From Tricharina praecox (taxonomy: Eukaryota): a stretch of 64,000 nucleotides of DNA. The position numbers and the translations under genes were made by a program. This document shows, piece after piece, positions 54,954-64,000 of the stretch. The notes under the pieces were generated by a model that saw only the letters and a program-made list of their open reading frames with translations, was not told where the DNA came from and searched no databases. The DNA lies in NCBI RefSeq assembly GCF_024521635.1, contig NW_026250417.1, forward strand, positions 186,001 through 250,000. Direction: 5' to 3'. Position 1 is the first letter of the stretch, and each line of letters opens with the position of its first letter.

Positions 54954-55105
54954 ATACTTATTTTGATGCGACTTTGCTGGCTCAACCATCAGCAAAGCTC
55001 CAGAGATAAGGTTCTCATTGCACAGTGAGAATCGAGTCTCTGCGAATGATCTTCGGATATTTTGGCAACTCAATTTTTGTGTGCTTCTGCGTTTTCCGTC
55101 GGGCA
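54954..55105 (+). ncRNA. U1: U1 snRNA variant or pseudogene, copy C, with altered 5' end
   Basis: Starts ATACTTATTTTG instead of ATACTTACCTTG. Stems I-II, the ATTGCAC loop, the TTCG stem III loop and the Sm site (55072-55079) are retained. Helix H carries a mismatch (GCAAC). Confidence 0.8.
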
Positions 55106-55921
55106 CTTGGGCGCTCAGTGAGGCCGAGGTGGCGAAGGATGATGGTATGAAGGATTGCGGCGTGCTGTGTGGGTTGTAGGTATGGCATACGGCTGCGGGG
55201 CCGAGACGTGGAAGAAAATGGATCTAGACATAGTAGGCCGCCAAACCCGTGCGAGTGATGAATCCGCCAAAAAACCAGATGCTCGCTCCCACCGCTGAGC
55301 ACCTCCTATGTCTTTACGCCCCTCCTCGTTAGTGGAACCTCCCCCTTAAGGAGCAGCTACCTAGAGTAGCCGATCGCAGCAGCACCCGAATCCCAGCGGG
55401 GGAGAGTCCACCAGTGCCCACCAGTGCCCAACAGTGCGGCGGGTGGGGGGGCAGAGCACTCGACCAACGGTCCAACCCTTCCACCCCGTTACCGCTCTGG
55501 GCCCTGGAGGCTGGAGTTCTTCAACCCGCCAGCGGGCCAGCGGCGACCTACATCAGCGTAAGTATACATGATACCTTTTCCCAGCCGGCCAGACCGCACA
55601 TTCGAGGACCTTGCGGATTTCGTGCAGGCTGCGGCCGACTCGGGCTAGACTGCGGGCTAGACTGCGGGCTGGACTGTGGGCTACGGGTTCTGGAAACACC
55701 ACACCACACCACACCACGGCAAAAACAACCAGCACCGCACCCAGACCCGCACCCGCACCCAAACCCATCACTAGAAGTCTAGACTATGCACCACGCAGCC
55801 CTGCCGCCACCGGTCCACAAAGAATGCAGAATACGTTCTGGCCGACTCTCCCGCACCCCGCCCGCCGTCCGCCTGGCGCCCAGGTCCTTCCGACGGGACT
55901 ACCGTGAGCGACGGAATGCGT

Positions 55922-56080
55922 GACTGCCAGGACTGCTGGGACTACTGAGACTGCTGAGACTGCTAGGACTGCTAGGACTGCTAGGACTGCTAGGACTACC
56001 GGGACTGCTGGAACTGCTGGAACTGCTGGGGCTACCAGGACTGCTGGGACTGCCGTGACTACCGGGAGCGACGGGACTGC
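55922..56080. repeat. 9-bp tandem repeat (GACTGCTAG/GACTGCTGG)n
   Basis: More than a dozen degenerate units are directly visible. Confidence 0.85.
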
Positions 56081-57175
56081 CGCTGGCTGGAGCAGGAGGA
56101 ATTGAAACTTGAAACTTGAAACTTGATGGACGGCAGGACGGCAGGACGGGAGCGTGCTCTATCATACCTAGGATTCCCCGGCTCCCCAGTACCTACCAGA
56201 TCATAACACGTCACGAACGAGCACTCGCCGACGGAACGGACTTTCGCCGGGACTACCGCCGGGACTGTACTGTGCTGCACTGAGCCCGTTGCCGGGACTG
56301 CTGCCGGGACCGCTGACGGGATACCTGTTATATAGTCTACCCGCAAAGTGTGTTTTGCCGTGTTCTAGACGTGCTCAGTGCTCAGTGCTCAGTGCTGTAT
56401 GTAAACAGCGAAATGAGAAATAAAACAAAAACGGACTGGGTCATGACCGGACTAACTGAATAAAAAAACAAAGCTAGACTCGACTCGCCATTCAACTCCT
56501 CACAGAGCCTCACATTCAGACTCCAGAGGACAGGATACCGGTATATATGGATTTGATATCCACCGGTACTATGGCCAGGAATGACCACATTCGATGATGG
56601 AATAATAATGATGATAATAACGGGCCGTAATAATGCTGATCCAGGTCTCACATCACCCACCATTCACCGGTTTACCAAAAACTCGAGTCGAAATCCCAAA
56701 ATTCCATCTATTCGTTCCAATGCCACCCAGTCCAATGCCACCCAGTACCACCCAGTCCAGCCCAGTCCGTCCAGTCCAGTCCGTGCAATCCATCCGTCCC
56801 ATGCAGAACGCAGGATTAACCTATCAAAACATCAAAACAACAAAAAAAAAACGCAATACACACAACAAATCAAAAGCAAAACAATTCCACTCCACCCACC
56901 TCCCCCTCCCCCCCCCCCCCACACACACACACAGCCAAAATCACCCAGCTACATCGCTGTAGTCGTCCGTCCTTCTAAAAACTTTTATCTTCACACAACA
57001 CACACCACACACCGCACAAAAACGCACAAATACAATGATACGAATAATCGATGAATATTTTCACAACGCAACGCTTCGTACAACAAAACTCCCCAACACA
57101 CACAAAAACGTAACGTAAAACACATAAACGAAATATTTTCAATAGAAATAGAAATACCTAAAGGTAAATAGGTTT

Positions 57176-58641
57176 TTAGGCAAGCATGGCTTGAGCTCCG
57201 GCCTCCGACACGACGTAGATCACGCGATGATCGTCGCTGAAACCGTTGAACTTGGTGGCTGAGCACTTGGAGTAGGCTGATATCTATCGTTAGCATCGCG
57301 AATGGGTAGTCAGGGATGAAGGGGGATACGAACCTCCCATGTTAGTGAAGTATAGCCAGTCCCCAACCTCCAAGACCTCCGGGAGGAAGCACGACTTGGA
57401 GATGCAGTCGATACCGTCGCAGGTGGGGCCCCAGACGGAGCACTCGGTGAGCTGCACCCCGCGGGTCGGCGGTGAGTTGTAGTGGTAATCGGATCCGCGC
57501 TTCAGCACCCTCGGCACGGGGATCTGGTGGTCGAACATGATGCCCGAGAAGTTGCCGTACACGCCGTCGTTCATGTACAGCATGTAGGACTGTTGACCGG
57601 CCTTCAACTCGTCCTGCACGGTGCGACGGGCGATGACGTGGGTGGCGATCGTGAAGGCGCTCTCGACGTAGTAGCGGCCGGGCTCGGCGATGACGCGGAC
57701 GCTCGACGGGAAGTACTTGTCGACCGCCGGTCCCAAAACGCTGGCGATCTGCTCAAAGTTGTCGTTCCCGTATCCACCACCGACATCCAACGTGCGCAGG
57801 TCGTAACCAATCTCGGCAGCTTCATCGAAGACCTTGCGGGCGTCCTTAACGGCGGTAGCGAATGCGGTAGGGTCGTACGATCCGGACCCGACGTGGAAGC
57901 TGACACCGACGACGTTCAATCCGAGCTCCTTGGCCAAGCGAAGGAGATCGGCAGTGCTGTCGAGAGGCGCTCCGTACTTGAGACTCAGCCGGCAGAGGGA
58001 CTTGGAGTCGTCGGTCGAGATACGCAGGAACAGCATCGCGTCGGGGAAGAACTTCTTGACCTTGTAGAGCTCTTCTGGGTTGTCGAAGGTCATCATGCGG
58101 ATGTTCTCCTCGGCTGCATAGCGCACGTATGAGGCCGTCTTGCAGGGATTGGCGTAGATGATGCGCATCGGGTCGACGCCCATCTCGATGACTTGCTGGA
58201 TCTCGGTCTTCGAAGCGCAGTCGAAGCCGGTGCCAAGCGCGGCGAGAAGCTGCAGGACTTTAGGATCCTGGTTGCACTTCACAGCTGCAGAGAGAGAGAG
58301 GTTAGTATCACAACGGCTTGTGGTGCGAGACATAAAAGTAATATAAATAAAAAAGATAATAATAATATTGATGACGTACCATAGAAGGGCTCGATACGGG
58401 GAAGGTTAACCTTCCAGCGCATGTGCTGGCGGTAAATTTCGCCGAGGTCGGCAACGAAGAAGGCATCTTCGGCACCAGCATCGCACTCGTCGGGGTCGAT
58501 GCTCTCGATGTGAGTCTGAAGGGCATGGCCGATCATGGCCTGAGCCAGGGACCTGGTGCACGCATTGGATTGACTGAAGCGGCGCTGCTGAGGCGACAGC
58601 TTCGACGTAACGGGCGAAGTACCTAGGGCGACGGGAGCCAT
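57176..58641 (-). CDS. SPE1: Ornithine decarboxylase, 3 exons
   Basis: FFVADLG, PFY|AVKCN (PLP Lys), GFDCAS, HVGSG, LDVGGG, EPGRYY, WGPTCDGID and MG|AYSKCSATKFNGF. Strong-context ATG at 58641 (ACCATGG); a weaker in-frame ATG lies at 58722. Confidence 0.96.
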
Positions 58642-58811
58642 GGTTGTAGGGCAGCGGGGTTCGATGGTGGTGAAAGGCGAGGCCTCGGGGATAGTCCAAG
58701 CAGTAGTCTCTGAGGGACTCATTGGGCGGTTCTGGATGGGATTATTTGTAGAGAAGGGTATTCTCAAAATGACTGATTGGTGAGGATTCGATATGTACGT
58801 GTCAAATAGTG

Positions 58812-59135
58812 TTATGGTGGCCGGAACCGTATACACACGTAGTAGGACGACCGCCTCGACCCTCCCTCGAAAAGAGGAAGGAAACGACGGCGAAAGCTAT
58901 GCGGCAGGGGAGAGATATTGGGTGATGTCTTTGTCGTTTCCGAACTAGAACCCCTCCGTCGCTCGAACTCGAGATGAAAGCTGGGTCTGTGGCGGCGGGA
59001 TGTTGTTGAAGATGTTACGGGAGGGGCGTAGGTATGTAATCTTGGAGGACTCTCTGGAAAGGTTGCGTTGAGCCGTGGTGAAGGATGATTATATGGCGGT
59101 TGGATGATGTGCTTGAAACGCAAGAGGGCGGAAAT
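58812..59135 (-). promoter_or_regulatory. Candidate non-AUG regulatory uORF (uCC) in the ODC leader
   Basis: About 107 open codons with no ATG, near-cognate ATT (59135) and TTG (59123), ending SSYYVCIRFRPP*. Confidence 0.65.
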
Positions 59136-62100
59136 CGAGGCTTCTTAAGAAGCAGCCTCAGGCCCTAGAAATGACTGGCCTCGTCTGTGCTGAATGGTGA
59201 CTAGTTTTCCTTCAGAGGAGGAGGAGGATGATGCTTGGGGGGGGGGAGCGGCGGCAGCGGTAGATATGAGATGGGGGGGAGGGAGGGGAGGGGGGGAAGG
59301 AGAAAGAAGAGGTCTGAGAGAGATTGTGCGTCGAAACCCTACACTTTGTAGTTGTCCCTTTTTTTTTTTTGCCTGATTCGTCGACCTCAGTACTTAGTGG
59401 AGTTATTTCAACCCTGCGCCTCTTTTTTGTGTGTGCGGAAGCGGGCTATGTGCGGCTTTGGGCAGCGAGTTGAAACGGCAAGACGCCCACAGGTCCGGGA
59501 GGGGCCCAAATGTTCTACAGTTAAGGACCGTAGTAGCGTCCGATGATGGGATGACTGCTCCTCTGTGTTGCAGGGTAGGTCTTTTTTTTTTCTCCCTCCT
59601 GCTTCTTCTTGATTGATGGGGGTTTTCGAGTCAGCACGCTTTACATACTCCCATACAAAGTGCACGGCGATAGGACAGAAAGGGAGAACAAGGTAGCCAC
59701 CGGGAAGGGCTTGACGTCGATCAAACAATGGAAGAGCCATTGATCTCACCGACAGGACTTCGCGACCACTAGGACTTGACGAAGGCAGACCTGGAGAGCG
59801 GGGGCTTGGACGGGAGGGGGCATTTGGATTACCAACTCACAGGAATCTATCGCAGTGACGACGACAATTTGTTGAGGATGGGGGGGAGGGTATTGAGGGC
59901 TATTCTCTCTCCTTCTCCTTCTCTCTCTCCGTCTCTTTCTTTCGATCGAAGGAAGAGAAGAGGGGTTGAGGGGTGAGAAGGTGGGGAGGGGGAGCGGGTT
60001 GGTGGCTTAGTTTTTGGGTGGGGAAGAAGAGGTGAAGGAGAGGAGGTGGAGAAGAAGAAGGAGAACAAGAAGAAGAGGAGGAGGAGGAGGAGGGGAAGGA
60101 ACAGGATCGGAGGCAGAAGCGGCGCGAAATTGGAGTAGTGAAGGAGGGGTTTGGCCTGGGGAATCTGGACGGGCGGACTGTCGACTTTCGACTGTCAACT
60201 GTCAACGGACAACGGACAACGGAGGTGGTGGTGCACTTATTCGGTCAGGTAAGGCGAGCAAGGTAAAAATCCGCAGCGCGAGGATCACCTTGTCTATACC
60301 GAACTCAAAGTTTTTTTTTGTTTCTTTGCGGCAGTTCAGGACGATGCATCACGCACCGCACATGACACGGACGCTCCTGCCCGGCCCAGTGCGAATATAC
60401 CGATCGCGAAGGCATAGGATGGACATGGACATGGACATGGCCATGACCGTGGCCGTGGCCGTGGCCGTCATCTCTGTGTCTTTGCCCCATCTATGCCTCT
60501 GGCACAAGATGGACTCGATTGATCCTTGATGGACTAGGTACCATACTGCCTAATAATATCCTAGCAGTACACGGTCGATCGACTGCCATCACCACGCACC
60601 TGTGGCTCACTGGCCGAGCTGGAGGCCGAATTGGAAATTTGCTCGAGTACCGGTAGGTATCTCAGCTACAACGGTACGTACCACGGCCTCCCTCGTGGCT
60701 CGACCACCGCCCCACGAGCCAACGGGGATAAGTACGAGCTGAAGGCTCCGCTCCTCACGTCCACACTCACGGCCCCCAGGACGACCCAAGTCTCAAGGTG
60801 GAGTACTCTGGGTGCTAACTGTACGCAGCGCGGCCGGATTCCCACCCCTCGCACATCTCCCTTTACATATCTAGACATCCGGATTCCGTTGTGGGCAGTG
60901 GGCACGCTCCTAAAAAAAGCACACAAAAGCGATCTGTGATGGGATGCGCCTCAGGACTGCGATCAAGCACCGCACGCACGCACAAAAACATCTGTACGCA
61001 CGCACACACACATAGGTGGTTACAACGAGAGGGAGCGAAAGAGAGAGAGAGTGGGAGTGGGAGAGTGGGGAGGGAGATGGAGAGTGGGAGAGAGAGACGG
61101 CGGGCGGGCGGGAGTGAGGGAGTGGGATGAATATGCGCGAATTAAAACCCCTCAGCTCAAGGGAGCAACAACGTAAGTAACTGAGCACATCCATCCACCA
61201 TCCATCCATCCAGCCAGCCAGCCATCCATCCATCCATCCCACCCAGCATGGCATCGGCTTCTTGCGTGCGTGCGGGCTGTGTGGCCCGTCCGATTTCTTG
61301 TGATCGGAAAATCTTGGTACTCTTACGCAAGTTCGTGACAGCTTTCTTTTCGCTAGCTAATTCTAGGGAGGAAGCGAGCGAGCGGGCGGGGCGGGCGAGC
61401 GAGAAGAAGGAAAGAAAAGAAAGAAAAGCCCACACCCCTCCCCACTCCCACCCCCTCCCCACCCCCGACTCACAAGAACTCGAGACTCTGCAAACTCCGA
61501 CCAACCAGTTGTGCGTGTGCGTGGTGTATATAGAGTATCGTACCTGCGGACGAGTACTCTACTCTACGGTACTACCCTTATACACGACAGCGGACAAGCA
61601 GGCAGGCAGGCAGGCGTGCGTGCGTGTGTGCGGAACACTCAACGCAGGTACAACGATCAGCGGTCCTCAAATCACATCCCGCTGCACAGCTCCACAACGT
61701 CGGATTCTGTCATCATCATCATCATCACCATCCACATCATCATCGTTGTCGTTGTCGCCGTCTTCGTCACCACGACGTGCCGGCGGGGGAAGGCCGACCA
61801 TCGGTGATGATGATGATGACTGTTGGCGTGGAGGAGCACTATCTACTATACTACTCTATATAGTACTAGCAGCCCGTCGAGACACCCAGTCGCTGTGGCG
61901 GTCCGCATACGTATGATATCGCAGACTCTCCCGAGGTACTCTACATGTCATACATGCTCTACTCAGTATACCCAAGTAAGTACTTGGGTAGGAATGTGAT
62001 GTACCGCTACATGTCAACTACATCCCCATCGTGATCCGCCGGCGCGCAACGCGATATATATATGATCACATCGGTTCCTGTGTCGTAACCGATAACCAAT

Positions 62101-62337
62101 CGATTCGGCGGTCGGCGGGTACCTGTAGTCTGTAAAATACTATACATATAGGCTGTGCCCAGATTCGCGCATAAATTCCCCACTCCAACTTGCCTGCTCG
62201 TCGATACTCTACCGTCCATGTGAGCGGTTTTTTTTCTTTCCTTTTTTCGGTCTTTTTTTTCTTTCGCCCTCCTCTCCTCCATCGCGGAAAAAGAATAAAA
62301 GGCACGGACTCGGATCAGATCGGTGATATATAAAGTA

Positions 62338-62792
62338 CCCTGACAAAAAGGATTGGACAAAGCCCGTTTTACACCAAAAATGCCCACTTTCATGCAACCC
62401 AAACATACCCTCCACCTGGTCGAAAAAAATCATCTCTTTTACAGAAGCGTTAGAATCACAAGCTGCTTCATCAATAAAAACTTTGACGACTTTCATCACA
62501 GATTGGGGCTGTACGACGTTGTATTGTGCAGGAGTTGAAAAGTGACATTACATTTTGTATGGGGCTCCCATACAAAAAGCTACTTAGCAACCATCAATTT
62601 TTCCCTCGTCTGGTATTGCTCCACAACAACAATTCAGAACTCCGTGAGGAGTTCCCATATCGTTGTCGGTGTAGTTATAGAGGTCTCCCGATGGTCCCTA
62701 ATTTTTTTCGATACGTTGTGATTGTTGTATCGGTGGCTGAAAATGGCCATTTTTGGTGTAAAACGGGCACTGTCCAATCCTTTTTGTCCTAG
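62338..62792. mobile_element. Non-autonomous Tc1/mariner-type element (MITE), about 455 bp
   Basis: About 55-bp imperfect terminal inverted repeats (GACAAAAAGGATTGGACA..GCCCGTTTTACACCAAAAATG), flanked by TA at 62336-62337 and 62793-62794. No transposase ORF. Confidence 0.88.
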
Positions 62793-64000
62793 TACTGTAC
62801 CAAGTATCTGGTAGCTAAATGTAGCAACTATTAGTTGCTCTACTCTAGAGTCTAGTGAATGCTCCGCTAGAGTAACGAGCGCGTCTCAGGGATGTGCCCA
62901 TCTGTCCGTTCAGTTGCACATCGCCTCACCGCGTAAATAGTAGTTGCCGAGTGAGCTTTCGAGTAGTCGCCGAAGTATAGTATGCTACGTATACATATGA
63001 GGTATGTACCTATATAGCGGTGCAGAATACAGAGGGAGCTGGCAGTGCTGGCGTTGGGGGTGCACGCGTGGGGAGGGACAAGGGAGAGGAGAAAGGATGT
63101 GGTAAGGACTTACTTGCCCGTTGGTTACTTGAGGACTTACTTGAAGCACTTATTAAGTTATTCGCTCGGAGGAGAGTAAACCATTCTCCAAAAAACAATT
63201 CCCTCATCAGGTTAGATACTCTAGGCATTCCATAGTTCCACTCTCACGCTGAATCTGATGCTTCTTGGCACGATGAGTCCGTCCGTCCAATTAAGGCCCG
63301 CCCCGGCCCCCGGGTCCTACTTGGCAGGCTTCTCGAAGCCCAGCCCGACCCGGAGCTTGCTGGAGCTTGAGCTTTGAGCTGGAGCTGGAGCTTGACACCG
63401 GTAGAGCAACTACGGTACGGTAACTACTACGGTACCATCCCTCCTCGCTTCTCTAGCAGGGGGGATGGAAAGACCAGCGTCCGTGGGGTCCGGATCCGTC
63501 GGTTCAATTTCATACAAGTCCCAAGTCCCAACTCCCCGAGTAACTACCGTACGCGGTACACGGTACACGGTACAGACTTGCTCGGTATGACTGCCCTTTT
63601 CCTTTCCTTTCCTTTTCCTCCTCGAATTCCTAAACGTCGAAACGTCGAAACCTGCTCCTCGAGCTCCTTCTCGAGCTCCTAGGTAGCTAGCTAGCTGTCG
63701 TCAGAATCCCGGCTGATGCTTGCTTGCTTGGCCATGGGCTCTACGAAATATCCCCAACAAAACACTCCCCCTAAACTAAGCTCGAAGCTCGAAGGGCTCC
63801 ACTCCACTTCAGCTCATGGTTTTGCCGCAGGTGATACCCGGTAACTACCTTTGTAGAGTAGTTAGAGGTACCTAGAGCACCCAGGTAGACAGGCTGTTAT
63901 GTACTCACAAACATAGGAGTCCCCTGAAACGACGACGGCTGCAATTGTTGAGGGATTCGCCTCGTTCTTCTCGTCACTTGACGTTTGCGAGCCTTAGCCT

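Noticed and set aside
55920..56340. Regular short repeats as a CRISPR-like array or a repeat protein
   Set aside because: These are simple tandem units without unique spacers, in a eukaryotic context.

Overview
This is a gene-dense, intron-rich window from a filamentous ascomycete; a Pezizomycete is my guess from intron style and repeat remnants. I could assemble 18 protein-coding gene models by hand. They are GFA1, an Arg/Ser-rich hypothetical protein, an A-T-R NRPS-like reductase, a secreted CinY/HET-C-like plus vWA protein, a SMAP-domain protein, RAMP4/YSY6, an INA17-like protein, a Mn-type CDF, a VHC1-like cation-chloride cotransporter, Moco sulfurase, serine dehydratase, RAM2, ERG12, YTM1, a TRM140-like methyltransferase, a Pro-rich hypothetical protein, a synaptojanin-like phosphatase and ornithine decarboxylase. 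The most striking signal is invisible in the ORF track: three divergent U1 snRNA genes at about 53.7-55.1 kb. Each has its own TATA box and structure-preserving stem changes, all share a non-canonical loop I, and one has an altered 5' splice-site-pairing sequence. Other notable features are a non-AUG uORF ending in RFRPP-stop in a roughly 920-nt AUG-free region upstream of ODC, and an intron in the synaptojanin gene that only restores the frame with a GG acceptor. There is also an orphan PHD-finger fragment, a LINE 3' remnant and a TA-flanked MITE. All coordinates and family calls were made by eye, without database searches.
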